A stretch of 64,000 bases of DNA from Ostreococcus lucimarinus. Lineage: Eukaryota. Below, piece after piece: positions 1 through 10,019 of the stretch. The position numbers were made by a program, and so were the translations under genes. How positions within the stretch are numbered: the stretch's first letter is position 1; the number at the start of each line of letters is the position of its first letter. The DNA is taken from NCBI GenBank assembly GCA_000092065.1, contig CP000585.1, one strand, 5' to 3'. The notes under the pieces were generated by a model. That model was not told where the DNA came from. It saw only the letters and a list, made by a program, of their open reading frames with translations, and searched no databases.

Positions 1-908
1 GACGTCGACCCCGATCCCCCCAGTCACGTGCGTCGCGTTCTTATCCTTGCTCGTGATCGCGAGCGCGTCCAAATTAATTCGTTCTACGAGCGCCACTCGA
101 CTCTCTCCGAAGCTGTACATGGACGCCTCCTCCGCGCTCGTCGACGGCGCCGCGAATCGCGGCACTTCGCACATCACGAGCGCGCTCGACACGTACACGC
201 CCATGCCGGCGTAAGAAACCTCGAACCCTCCGCTCGTCGCCCCTCGCCACTCGCACTCGCGCGCGCGCCCGACGATGTCCGGACTCCCGTCTTTCGGCAG
301 CGCGTTTCGTCCCGTCAGCCTCGACACGTCGCCCTCCGTCGCCACGTGCGGCGACGACCTCGTCAGCACGCCGTTCATCTCGCGAACAAAGTTCACCACG
401 CTCGACATTCCGAGCTCGTGAAACAGCACCGCGTCGACGCCACCGTTCGAGCTCAACCCCAACGCGACGAATCCCTCGCGTCCGCTCGGCGTATCGCACC
501 GCACTCCCGTCGTTCCCGCGATGACGCTCGCGTCGTACGACTCCCCCGGCGACCCCCCGAACACGCATCGCAGCTGTCCCGGCACGCTCGCCGCCGCCGA
601 GCTCCCGGGCGGAAAGTTCAACCCGAACACATCCACCCCTCCCGTCGTTCCGAGCGACGTCGTCGTCGACGGCACGCCCACCGCCAGCAAACCGACGTCC
701 GACGCGTGCGTGTATCCTCGCGCGCCGCGTCCTCGCGCGCGCCACCACGCCGCGCACGCCGCGACCGCGCGCGCGTCGAAGCGCCGTCGCGCGCGCGTCC
801 GCGTCGTCGTCCTCGCCTTCGCTCGCCTCGACCGTCGCGCGTCGTCGACGCGATCGCGCGTCGCGCGCGCGCGTTCGCGCGTCGCCCGCGACCGTTCGTC
901 CCGCGGCA
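1..908 (-). CDS. Partial CDS running off the window start: hypothetical secreted/extracellular protein with IPT/TIG-like repeats. The frame is not in the ORF track.
   Basis: My own translation of the minus strand in a frame absent from the track (it has no stop before position 1) gives ...GVDVFGLNFPPGSSAAASVPGQLRCVFGGSPGESYDASVIAGTTGVRCDTPSGREGFVALGLSSNGG...YSFGESRVALVERINLDALAITSKDKNATHVTGG. The composition is diverse and the codons are GC3-biased like neighbouring genes. The C-x-FGG...C-x-TP spacing resembles an IPT/TIG fold. A possible ATG sits at 908..906 with an R-rich N-terminus. The track ORFs in other frames (28..1368 +, 74..757 -) are R-rich and less protein-like. Confidence 0.4.
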
Positions 909-1380
909 TCGAATCGAATCGAATCGCGCGCGCGTCGTCGTCGTCGCGTCGCGCGTCGTCACCGCGCGCCGTCTCGCGCGTCCGACGCGCGTCGCCGCAT
1001 CGCGCGCGCGCCTCGCGATCGCCGCGGTCGCCGGTCGCGCGCGCGTCCGTGTGCGGGCGCGGCGCCGCGACGTCGCGCGCGAACCGATCGATCGATCGAT
1101 CGATCGATCTCGATCGCGATCGACGCGTCGTCGATCGCGGGTTCGATTCGATCGACGACGCGTCGATCGCGATGGGTTCGATTCGAGCGATCGACGCGCG
1201 CGCGCGATGCCTCGCGATCGCGCGCGATCGCGATCGCGATCGACAGACGACGACGCGACGGACGCGTCGGCGCGAACGACGCGCGACTCGCGCGCGAGGC
1301 ATCGCGCGGGCGATCGCGGCGATCGACGCGGCGCGCGACGCGGCGCGCGACGCGCGGGGACACCGTGAATCGATAATCAT
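780..1380. repeat. GC-rich simple-sequence region (GATCG/CGATCG and GAATC microsatellites) in the intergenic/promoter region
   Basis: Seen directly: cgatcgatcgatcgatcgatc at ~1082-1103, gaatcgaatcgaatcg at ~909-925, and repeated gcgatcgcgatcgcg blocks. It lies between the minus-strand partial gene and the plus-strand gene starting at 1402. Confidence 0.6.
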
Positions 1381-1401
1381 CCACGTGTTCGCATCTTGCG
1401 G

Positions 1402-1595
1402 ATGAGCGCGTCCGTGGCGTCGCCGGAGACGGCGAAGAAACAGCGAGAGGAAGACGCGCAGGCGTTGAAGCGCGCGATGGACGCGGTGGCGAACCCGACG
1501 CGAGTGGAGGCGACGACGGAGACGACGGAGACGACGGAGACGACGGAGACGACGACGAAGGACGCGAGCGAAGAGGCGAAAGAGGACGCGGTGGA

Positions 1596-1633
<38 letters not shown>

Positions 1634-2229
1634 ATGAAACGGAACGACCGCAACAGACGGCGACGGACGAGGACTACGCGCGATTGGATGCGTATTTGAG
1701 TACCGGGTTCGGTTTGGTGCACGCCGACGGGAAAGACGGCGAGGGGCGAACGGTGGTGACGGTGAACGCGACGCGGATTCCGGGCTGGGCCGGCAGCGCG
1801 GATCGCGATAACTCGATGAATCTCATCATCAATACGCTCGAACGCGTGGCGGCGGCTGGGGAGTACGTCGTCGTGGTGTATTTCGGCGACGACGACCGAT
1901 CGAAGGGCGTCGTGCCGACACACTCGCTCAACTGGCTCGGCGACCTCCACGACAAGTTGGCGTACGCGGTGCGGAAAAACGTGCAAAGAATTGTCTTCGT
2001 GAACGCGACGTGGATCATGAGCAGCATCATCTCGTTGACGATGACGTTCGCCACGTCAAAGGCGAGCAAGAAATTCGCGTGGACCAAATCCCTGGACGAC
2101 ATGGACAAGGACACGGGATACAACGTCCACCAAGCGATGTGCGGCGAAAAGTTTCTTGCCTCGGTCGGTAGAAAAGTCGTGTACGCCGAATCCGAAGCCG
2201 CCGCGCCCGCGCCCGCCGCATCGTCGTAA
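1402..2229 (+). CDS. CRAL-TRIO_2/BCH-like domain protein with an N-terminal acidic, T-rich low-complexity region
   Basis: The track ORF at 1396 starts on TTG; the first ATG is at 1402. The C-terminal YVVVVYFGDD...NWLGDLHDKLAYAVRKNVQRIVFVNATWIMSSIISLTMTFATSKASKKFAWTKSLDDMDKD matches the divergent CRAL/TRIO (BNIP-2/Cdc42GAP homology) pattern ...YIVVYFS...[22 protein letters not shown]...KKVIYFNYLSEL. The (GAGACGACG)n and (ACG)n coding repeats at 1499-1633 give (ETT)n and T(13). Confidence 0.55.
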
Positions 2230-2347
2230 ATAGTAGTCGAATTTTAATCGAATGCAAGAGTTGATACTCGTCCACGTCGCGCGCGGCGTTTCGATTTCTC
2301 ATATGAATGGGATTTTATTAATCAATTACGTACGTTAAGGAGGGGTA

Positions 2348-3340
2348 TTACTTCTTCACCGCCTTCAACACGGCGGAGAAATCTTCGTCGTCGCATCCAT
2401 CGCGTCTCGCGCGCTTGTACAACTCGTTCGCCGCGGCGGCGACGGGCATCTCTTGGGCGAGCTCGTCGGCCAACGCGATGGCCAATCGCATATCCTTTTG
2501 CTGGTGCTTGAGCGGGAACGCCGGAGCGAATTTCCCGGCGTTCATCGACGGACCTTTGAGAGCGAACATCGGCGACGCGATGGCGCCCAAAGAGATCACT
2601 TGAAGCAAAGTGTCCGGATCCAAGTCGCACTTTTCCGAAAGCGTCAAGCCTTCGGCGAAGGCGCCCATCATGCTTCCCATGATCATGTTCACCACGAGCT
2701 TCATCTTCGCCCCTTGACCGACTTCGCCCAGGAAGAAATGCGCTTTGCCCATGGTTTCCAGCGGCGCCTGGCACCTTCCGTACAGCGCTTCATCCCCGGC
2801 GCACAAAAAGATGAGCGCGCCGTCCTCGGCGGGTTTCTTCGACCCGCTCACCGGCGCCTCCAAAAATTCCGCCCCCGTCGATCGCACGATCGCCGCAATC
2901 TCGCTCGACGTCTTCGCATCGACCGTGGACACGTCCACGTATCCCTTTCCAGCGCTCAATCCATCCTTCGCCGCGCGCGCCACCGCCAGCGCCGCCTCCG
3001 GCGTGCTCACCATGACGAACGTCACCTCCGCCGCCGCGCACGCCTCGCTCGCGCTCTTCGCCTCGCGCGCGCCCGCCTCGACCACCGGCGCCGTCGCCGC
3101 GCTCGTGCGATTCCACACGATCACCTCGTGTCCCGCGTTCAACAGGTTCTTCGCCATGGGCACGCCCATGATCCCGCATCCCAGAAACGCGATCTTCATC
3201 GCCTTCGTCGACGCGTTCGCGACGCGCGGAGACGCGCGGTTCGCGACGACGCGCGATCGATCGAGCGCGCGTCCGCGCGCGTTCGACGACGCGTTCGAGT
3301 GTGCGCTCGAGTGTGTGCGCGCACCGAGGGCGCACGACAT
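2348..3340 (-). CDS. NAD(P)-dependent 3-hydroxyisobutyrate dehydrogenase / glyoxylate (succinic semialdehyde) reductase family (HIBADH/GLYR-like), with a possible ~47-aa targeting peptide
   Basis: MKIAFLGCGIMGVPMAKNLLNAGHEVIVWNRT... is a Rossmann GxGxxG motif at a 6PGDH-like N-terminus, with the typical HIBADH-family central and C-terminal blocks. The ATG at 3340 gives an S/R/A-rich presequence; an alternative ATG at 3199 starts directly at MKIAFLG. Confidence 0.85.
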   Translation of the reverse strand: MSCALGARTHSSAHSNASSNARGRALDRSRVVANRASPRVANASTKAMKIAFLGCGIMGVPMAKNLLNAGHEVIVWNRTSAATAPVVEAGAREAKSASEACAAAEVTFVMVSTPEAALAVARAAKDGLSAGKGYVDVSTVDAKTSSEIAAIVRSTGAEFLEAPVSGSKKPAEDGALIFLCAGDEALYGRCQAPLETMGKAHFFLGEVGQGAKMKLVVNMIMGSMMGAFAEGLTLSEKCDLDPDTLLQVISLGAIASPMFALKGPSMNAGKFAPAFPLKHQQKDMRLAIALADELAQEMPVAAAANELYKRARRDGCDDEDFSAVLKAVKK

Positions 3341-3472
3341 AGTCTGCGGGACGGCGTCCGCGTCCGCCCTCTCGCCGTCGCGTCGTCGTCGACGATGACG
3401 GCGCGCGACGCCGCGATTCGAAACCGCGATGCGTTGAATCGCTCACGCGCGTGATGCGTTACATCTACATCG

Positions 3473-3829
3473 CTAACGCGCCGACCCCTCGAGCTCGTCT
3501 CGCAGGCGCATCTCCAACTCGCGCTTGGCGGCGAGAATCTTCGACACCTCGGAGACCGCGGCGCGGAGCTGGCTCTCGAGCATGGACTTGGCCGTGCGCT
3601 CCGTCGCGAGGTCGCGCTCGAGCTCGGCGACGCGAGCCCTGAGCGCGGAGAGCTCGTCGGGGGCGTCGTCCTTGGACGGACCGGGCATGCCGCCGGTGTA
3701 CGCGCGGGGTGAAGACGCGCGCGCGCCGGCGCGCGCGCTCGATGACGTGGACGCGGCTGTCGACCGACGCGCTCGGTGCGCGTCGGCGCGCGCGGGATTG
3801 GGAGCGAGGGCGACGGAAGACGCGAGCAT
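3473..3829 (-). CDS. Hypothetical small coiled-coil protein
   Basis: An ATG-initiated 118-aa ORF sits between two minus-strand genes. The C-terminal half (ELSALRARVAELERDLATERTAKSMLESQLRAAVSEVSKILAAKRELEMRLRDELE) has heptad periodicity. The N-terminal half is A/R/S-rich and could be a presequence or noncoding. Confidence 0.3.
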   Translation of the reverse strand: MLASSVALAPNPARADAHRARRSTAASTSSSARAGARASSPRAYTGGMPGPSKDDAPDELSALRARVAELERDLATERTAKSMLESQLRAAVSEVSKILAAKRELEMRLRDELEGSAR

Positions 3830-3931
3830 GGCGACGCGCGGCGCGCGCTTCGCGCAGTGCGGCGCGCGGGTCGGTTGACGCGGTTTTTTGTTTTTCGTTT
3901 ATACAACATCGTTAGGCGATGATCGCGCGGA

Positions 3932-5020
3932 TTACCTGTTTTCGCTGTAAATCTTGGCACCTTCGGTGGTGAAGTCGGCGTTTTTGAAGTTGAACGTGCG
4001 CACTTTGTGCTTGGCGCCGCCGTAGTTGAGGACGCCGTCGGACACGCCCGTGCCTTCGTATTGTAATAAGCGATCCCACTCTTCAGTTTGCTTGCCGTAA
4101 CGGAACAGAGCGAGAGTGCTCGGGAAGTGCGTGTCGTCGCACACGTTGGCTTCGGCTTGCGCGGACGCCAGCGCTTCGGCTTCATCGCTCGATTGTAAGA
4201 GCGCGCGGCGTCTGCCCGGCGCGTCGAAGCAGGTGCTAATCTTCAAGCAGCGGGGAGCGCTCTGCAAGTGCACGGAAATGCGCGAGCCACCGATCAAGGG
4301 TTCGTGGATGAACGCACCCTGCTGATCGGCCAAGTAGCCCCAGCCCTTCTCCGCGCGCTTTTGCCACGCGTGCGTCGCGCTCTCGCTCGCGAGCTCAAAC
4401 GACTGCGCGGCGAGTTCGTCTTTGCAGTCGTCATCCGAGTACAACATTAACCCACTCAAGTCCCACTGGTTGTGCGTCTTACTCGGTGACTCGCTCCCCT
4501 TCAGCGATTCTAATCGCCACCAGTCACCCAATCGCCCCGCCTCCTCGTCTGCCTCGTCTTCGCCGTCCATCAACTCCACCGTAGGTCGTCCCGTCTTCGG
4601 ATCCTTCTTCACGTTGTTGAATTGATGTCTCTCCGTCGGTGAAGACAGCGCGAACTTCGTCACCGCGTCTCGCGTCGCCGGATTTACCATCGTGTACACC
4701 AACAACGCCATGCTTGCGATCAACAAGATCGAACTCGCGAGATTACACCGGCAAAACACATTCGTCGAGTTGGCGTTTTGCTTCGCCTCCTCCGAGGAGT
4801 CGAATATATCATCCACGAGATCGCTCTCGTCCGCGTCGACGCCAGGTCCGATCTCCACATCTTTCTGTTGTTCGTACGCACCCACGGCGTGCGCGGGCGG
4901 GGCGTCAGGGCCGAGAGACGCGAGTAATCGCGCCTTATCGTCATCCTCCAATCCTCCGTCGTCGTCGACGAAACCGCCCTCGTCGTCGTCGTCCACGGTG
5001 AATTGCGCGCGTTTAGACAT
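3932..5020 (-). CDS. Hypothetical type-II membrane protein (acidic N-terminus, one TM helix, ~250-aa lumenal/extracellular domain)
   Basis: An ATG at 5020 opens a 362-aa ORF with mixed composition. The single hydrophobic segment is LASSILLIASMALLVYTMV. I do not recognise any family motif. Confidence 0.5.
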   Translation of the reverse strand: MSKRAQFTVDDDDEGGFVDDDGGLEDDDKARLLASLGPDAPPAHAVGAYEQQKDVEIGPGVDADESDLVDDIFDSSEEAKQNANSTNVFCRCNLASSILLIASMALLVYTMVNPATRDAVTKFALSSPTERHQFNNVKKDPKTGRPTVELMDGEDEADEEAGRLGDWWRLESLKGSESPSKTHNQWDLSGLMLYSDDDCKDELAAQSFELASESATHAWQKRAEKGWGYLADQQGAFIHEPLIGGSRISVHLQSAPRCLKISTCFDAPGRRRALLQSSDEAEALASAQAEANVCDDTHFPSTLALFRYGKQTEEWDRLLQYEGTGVSDGVLNYGGAKHKVRTFNFKNADFTTEGAKIYSENR

Positions 5021-5284
5021 CGGCCTCGCGTGCGCGAAAGTAGTTTCTTCTCAACCGTCCGTTCGAGCGTCCGCGTGTCGCTCGCACGCGTCAACGTCTG
5101 CGGCGAGATCGCGGTCCGATGCGATCCACACGAGGTGGCGCCGAGACTCGCGGCGCGTTGACAGAGGCGGACGCGGCGTCGATCGTCGAGGCGGAACGCG
5201 GCGGCGGGGATTACCGTGAAGTAATGACGGTAAAGTAATGAAAAATAATCAATAATGACAACACGGAGAGAACGACGCGCGCAC

Positions 5285-6168
5285 TCATAACTCGCTCTTC
5301 GCCGCGAGCTCGTCCTTCGCTGCGAGCAGCGCGGCGGCGGTCGCTTGTTGAGTCGACGCGCCCGAGTCTTTCAGTTCGCCAAACGTTTGCGAAATCGATC
5401 GCACCATCTTAGCTATGTCTTCCGACGACGCCGACGCGCTGTTCGCGGTGGCTTTCTGTTTGCGAGGCTTGGCGCCCAAATCCGGCAGTCCGGCGATTTT
5501 CTTCGGCACGGCGTCTTCGACGGCGCCCGGCGCCAAACATTCTCCGAGCGCGCTCGTCCCCGAAGTGTGCCGCATGCGCTGTTCAAACATTCCCAACATC
5601 GGTCCCAACGCTTGACCGATTTCCGTCGACAAGAACACGTCCGGTAAATCCAGAATCTGCTGCGGAATGTCTTTACCGACGAGAAACATCGCCGCCTCCG
5701 AGGTAAAGTTGTTGCAGTTGTGTCTCAATAAATTGTACGTTTCCGACGTGTATCGCGGTTGCACCTCGCGCAAGAAATCGCGAAACATCTCCTCGTCCAC
5801 CTCCGTCGTCCCCAACGCCTCGACGCGCAACGGCGCCCCGAACTGCGTCTGCACGTGCGACGCCGGCGCGCACTGCAAGCCTTGCCCGAACCAATACTCC
5901 TTCCCGTGCACGACGATGCCGGTGTGATACACCGCCTCGATCTCCTTCCCCAGCAACTGCTGCGACATCATTCGCGCCATTCCACCGCTATCGAGCGCGA
6001 GTCGTCGTTTCGTCAGTCACCGCGTCGCCGCCGTCGCGTCGTCCGCGTCGTCGCGTCTTCTAGAAGATGCTTCATCGCGTCGCGTCGCGTCGCGTCGCGT
6101 CGCGTCGTCGCGTCCTCGCGCGCGCACCTCAGGTCGTACACGTGCAACGAGACGTCGTGCGTCGTCAT
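5285..6168 (-). CDS. DeSI-1-like desumoylating isopeptidase (PPPDE peptidase domain), 2 exons
   Basis: Exon 2 (5987..5285) encodes ...MARMMSQQLLGKEIEAVYHTGIVVHGKEYWFG...YNLLRHNCNNFTSEAAMFLVGKDIPQQILDLP, which matches human DeSI-1 (IMLGKQLEGIWHTSIVVH...[25 protein letters not shown]). The missing LYVYDLS N-terminus is supplied by exon 1 (6168..6128: MTTHDVSLHVYDL + AG). Donor GTGCG is at 6127 and acceptor AG at 5988/5989. Joined across the junction the protein reads ...HVYDLSGGMARMMSQQ. Confidence 0.8.
5988..6127 (-). other. Spliceosomal intron (140 nt, GT-AG) of the DeSI-1 gene
   Basis: Donor GTGCGCG, internal GGTGACTGAC branch-like motif ~25 nt upstream of the acceptor TCGATAG. It contains a (CGCGTC)n run. 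Confidence 0.75.
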
Positions 6169-6332
6169 CGCGTCGCGTTCGGGCGCGCTCGACGTTCGTT
6201 ATCCCTCGTCGCGCGAGCGAGTGACGTCGAGTCGGTCGTCGGTCGGCGGCTCGTCTCGACGCGCGATCGCCATCGCGCGACGCGGACGCGCGATACGCGC
6301 ACCGACGCGCGCCGACGTCGAGCTCGACGAGA

Positions 6333-6333
<1 letters not shown>

Positions 6334-6366
<33 letters not shown>
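6334..6366. repeat. (ACG)11 trinucleotide microsatellite 2 nt upstream of the LACS start codon
   Basis: gagacgacgacgacgacgacgacgacgacgacgacgcgATG, seen directly. Confidence 0.8.
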
Positions 6367-6368
<2 letters not shown>

Positions 6369-8516
6369 ATGCCCGCGCGCGCGAGCGCGAAGCACGCCCT
6401 CGGATGCCTCGCCGTCGGCGCGATGCTGCGGAAATGCGTGGACGCGCGACGACCGAGATATAAAAAGCGACGCGGTGCGTACTCGACGCGGACGCGGGCG
6501 AGCGCGGACGGCGCGGTCGCGCGGTGGCACAACGCGGATTTACCGCACGCGAAAGCGTTTCGCGTCGAACCGTTCGAGGGGTGCGGGACGGTGCACGAGG
6601 TGTTCGAGTACGCGGTGAAGCGACACGCGAGCAGACCGGCGCTGGGCGAACGGGACGTCGAGGAGACGACGAAGACGACGACGAGCGACGGGCGAGAGGT
6701 GGAAAAATTACGATTGGGAGGGTATAAATGGATGACGTTTCGAGAGGCGAGCGAACGGGTGAGCGCGATCGCGAGTGGGTTGGTGGATCTCGCGGGGTTG
6801 AAGCCGCAAGACAAGGTGATAATCTACGCCGATACCAAGCGCGATTGGCAGCTCACGGCGCAGGCGTGCTTTCGAATGAATCTCACGGTGGTGACGATTT
6901 ACGCCACGCTCGGTGAAGACGGGGTGAAGCATGGGATAAATCAAACCAAGGCAAGCGTCGTCGTGTGCGATGGAAAACTCTTGAAGACGTTGACAAACGT
7001 CGCCGGGGATTGTCCGTCGCTCAAGCACGTGGTGACGATGGGCGAGCCCGAACAAGCGTCGTTGGATAAGTTACCCAAGAGTGTGTTCCAAATCGGACTA
7101 GACGAGGTCGCAACGCTCGGTGCGCGCAAGCCCATGGCGGCGCGGCCGCCGAAATCGACCGACATCGCGGTTTTGATGTACACCAGCGGTACCACGGGGG
7201 CGCCGAAGGGCGTCATGTTGAACCACTCCAACGTGTGCGCGACGATGACTGGCCTCAAAGACGCGGGTGATTTTACCAATAAGGACGTCTACTTGGCGTA
7301 CCTGCCGCTGGCACACATCATGGAGATGGCGGCGGAAACGGTGATGCTCGCTCTCGGTGCCGCGATCGGTTACGGCTCGCCGCAAACGCTCACGGACACT
7401 GGATTGAAGCTCGCGCCGGGCACGCGAGGCGACGCGCCTACGTTGAAGCCGACGTTCATGGTGTTCGCTCCGGCCGTGCTCGATCGAGTCCGTCAAGCCG
7501 TGCAGGCCAAGTTTAGCGCCGCAAAACCGGCGTTGAAGAAACTCATCAACGCGGGCTTGGTAGCGGGTCGTAAAGACTTTGAAAACGGTAAAATCGGCGC
7601 GCCGTTCTTGTACAACGCCATCATCTTTAAAAAGGTGCAAAAGCTCATCGGTGGACGCGTGCGTATCATGATTTCTGGGTCCGCGCCGCTGTCGCGCGAG
7701 ACGCAAATCTTCATGCAAACGTGCTTCCGATGCCCGGTTCGTCAAGGTTATGGGTTAACTGAAACCGGTTCGTGCGGTACCATCGCTTCGTTTGACGATT
7801 ATTCGCCAACCGTCGGTCAAGTCCTCACCTCGGTGAGCATCTCTCTCCGCGATTGGGAAGAAGGTGGATACCGAGTCGCGGACGAAAAAGACCCGTCCAT
7901 CGGTATGCCTCGCGGTGAAGTTCTCATCGGTGGTCCCGTCGTGTGCCAAGGGTACTTCACTGCGCCTCACATGCCCGACCCAGAGCTCGAAGCGAAGAAC
8001 GCATCCGAGTTCTCCGTCATCGACGGCGTGCGTTACTTCCACACCGGCGATGTCGGCCAATTCACCGCTGACGGTCAATTGATGATCATCGATCGCAAAA
8101 AAGACTTGGTCAAGCTTCAACAAGGCGAATACGTCGCCCTGAGCAAGGTCGAGAACGTCTTGAAGCAATCCCCGTACGTCGCCATGGCCATGGCGTATGC
8201 CGATTCCAAGCACTCGTATTGCATCGCCGTCGTCGTCGTCAACGAGGCGCCGCTGAAAAAGCTCGCGTCGAGCAAGGGCATCACCGGCGACGTCGACACG
8301 CTGTGCGCAAACTCCACGATCATCAAGGAAATTTCATCTGCGTGCAAATCGGCGTGTAAGACTGGGAAACTCGTCGGTTTCGAGACGCCGACGACGTACA
8401 TCTTAACCGCCGAGCCGTGGACTCCGGATAACGACTTGGTCACCGCGGCGTTCAAGTTAAAGCGACAAAACATCGTTAAAGCCTTCAAAACAGAAATCGA
8501 TCGCGCGTACGCGTGA
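6369..8516 (+). CDS. Long-chain acyl-CoA synthetase (AMP-binding enzyme family)
   Basis: AMP-binding signature MYTSGTTGAPKGVMLNHSNV, YGLTETG, the C-terminal GDVGQFTADGQLMIIDRKKDLVKLQQGEYVALSKVE and the LACS-type linker. 715 aa. Confidence 0.9.
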   Translation: MPARASAKHALGCLAVGAMLRKCVDARRPRYKKRRGAYSTRTRASADGAVARWHNADLPHAKAFRVEPFEGCGTVHEVFEYAVKRHASRPALGERDVEETTKTTTSDGREVEKLRLGGYKWMTFREASERVSAIASGLVDLAGLKPQDKVIIYADTKRDWQLTAQACFRMNLTVVTIYATLGEDGVKHGINQTKASVVVCDGKLLKTLTNVAGDCPSLKHVVTMGEPEQASLDKLPKSVFQIGLDEVATLGARKPMAARPPKSTDIAVLMYTSGTTGAPKGVMLNHSNVCATMTGLKDAGDFTNKDVYLAYLPLAHIMEMAAETVMLALGAAIGYGSPQTLTDTGLKLAPGTRGDAPTLKPTFMVFAPAVLDRVRQAVQAKFSAAKPALKKLINAGLVAGRKDFENGKIGAPFLYNAIIFKKVQKLIGGRVRIMISGSAPLSRETQIFMQTCFRCPVRQGYGLTETGSCGTIASFDDYSPTVGQVLTSVSISLRDWEEGGYRVADEKDPSIGMPRGEVLIGGPVVCQGYFTAPHMPDPELEAKNASEFSVIDGVRYFHTGDVGQFTADGQLMIIDRKKDLVKLQQGEYVALSKVENVLKQSPYVAMAMAYADSKHSYCIAVVVVNEAPLKKLASSKGITGDVDTLCANSTIIKEISSACKSACKTGKLVGFETPTTYILTAEPWTPDNDLVTAAFKLKRQNIVKAFKTEIDRAYA

Positions 8517-8647
8517 GTGTTCTTGTCAATCATCGCATCAAAGCATCTTCTCAACGTCGTCGCGTCTCGCGTCTCGAGTCCCAGCCAGTCGCGTCGAGTG
8601 GTCATTCCACGAACCCATCGTCGCTCGCGCCCCAATCCGCGACGCGT

Positions 8648-9803
8648 CATGCCGCTCGCGACATCGCGCGCTAAGAAACACGACGCCATCGACGACGCGT
8701 TGACGGCGGAAGACGCGCGAGAACACGCGGATAAGTTGGCGAAATCTTTGTCCATCTTCGCCACGATCCCGCGCGCCATCGCCGAGGCGCACATTCGTTT
8801 ACGAGGTCGAGCGTGTCCAGACGAGCGCGCGAGCGACGCCGACGTGCGAGGCGCGCTACTGAAAGCGCTGAGCGATGAAGTCTTGGCCGAGCGAGAGTGT
8901 AAGCTAAAGGGAACGAAGTTTGAGCCGTACGTGAACGCACGGCCGAAGCCGGCTGCGGCTGCAGCGGCGGCTCGAACGGGACGGACGACGACGCGCGCGG
9001 TGGTCGATGGCGATCGTCGAAGCGCGTCGAGAGAGACGAAAATAATCGGTGGCGATCGTGGAGACGGCTCCGATAGCGATAGTTCGGTTGGTGTGGCGAG
9101 CAAATTCGTGCCACGGGAAATCGAAGACGAAGACGAAGACGAAGACGAAGACGAAGACGAAGACGAAGACGCGACGACGAGCGACGACGAGGAAGAAGAG
9201 TATAGCAGTGACGGAGATTATAGCGGCGAAGATGACTACGCCGATGACGGTGGAAATTTCTTCGGTCGAGCGGCAGAGGAACCGCCGGCACCTGAAGGGG
9301 CGAATCCGTTCGCGAGCATGGGGGACGTCGATTTCGGCGAAGAGGCGCGCGCACAAATCGAAGAAGCGAAGCGTATCGTGGCCGAACGCAAGGCGCAAGC
9401 GTCGAATTTAGCGGATGCATTAGCGAGCCTACAAACGTCGGACCCGGTGTCGCCGACGCCTTCAGGCCGTGTCGCGTTCAGCGACAAGGGCGACGACGTT
9501 GCCAGCATCGCCGGCTCCATCGCGGGTTCAGACTTCACCGACCGCTTCGATGCGATATCAATAGCTTCCATCGCCGCCACGCTCGGATCTGACGCCACAG
9601 ATCGAGTTGCAGACGTCGACGGGAGTGAATTCGACGTCGCCAGTCTCGCATCTCATGGCACGCATCGTGCGACCACCGACCTCGGCTCGGACGACGAGCG
9701 CGAAGCCGCAATTTTCGAGAGCGAGGACGAGCGCGACAGCGTCAGTTCGGACGAGCGTCACGGCGCCAAGGAAAATGCTCCACCATCGCCTCCATCACCG
9801 TAG
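8648..9803 (+). CDS. Hypothetical acidic low-complexity protein
   Basis: The track ORF at 8517 starts on GTG; the first ATG is at 8648. It contains a (GAAGAC)8 repeat encoding EDEDEDED... and S/D-rich stretches. No recognised domain. Confidence 0.4.
9123..9170 (+). repeat. (GAAGAC)8 in-frame hexanucleotide repeat
   Basis: Seen directly; encodes (ED)8 in the acidic ORF. Confidence 0.8.
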
Positions 9804-10019
9804 TAGCTCGCTTTAACACAACGCACCGTACGCGATACTCGCGCTCGACGGGCGCGAACGCCGCGCTCGGGGCAAACTGAAATCGCCACGTCACCGTCGC
9901 CGAAAAGGTCAATCGAAACGCGTCGTCCCGCACTTCTCGACCGCCTCGGTGCGCGCGCGCGACGCGCGCCCGACGACGCACGCCGCGCTTCGTAAACTCT
10001 CGCGTCTCGCGCGGTCGTC

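Noticed and set aside
1135-1195. tRNA T-loop-like GGTTCGATTCG motifs (two copies)
   Set aside because: They are embedded in GATCG simple repeats. No acceptor stem, anticodon stem or conserved A/B-box spacing could be built, so this is not a tRNA.
28-1368. 446-aa plus-strand ORF (and 74..757 minus, 521..1405 plus) across the first 1.4 kb
   Set aside because: It is R/A/S-dominated with almost no K/F/Y/I/N, starts on GTG, and overlaps a simple-repeat region. A different minus-strand frame gives a protein-like translation. This is typical of a GC-rich sequence lacking stop codons.
8117-9103. 328-aa minus-strand ORF overlapping the LACS 3' end and the acidic-protein gene
   Set aside because: Antisense to two plus-strand ORFs; S/A/R-rich with no motif.
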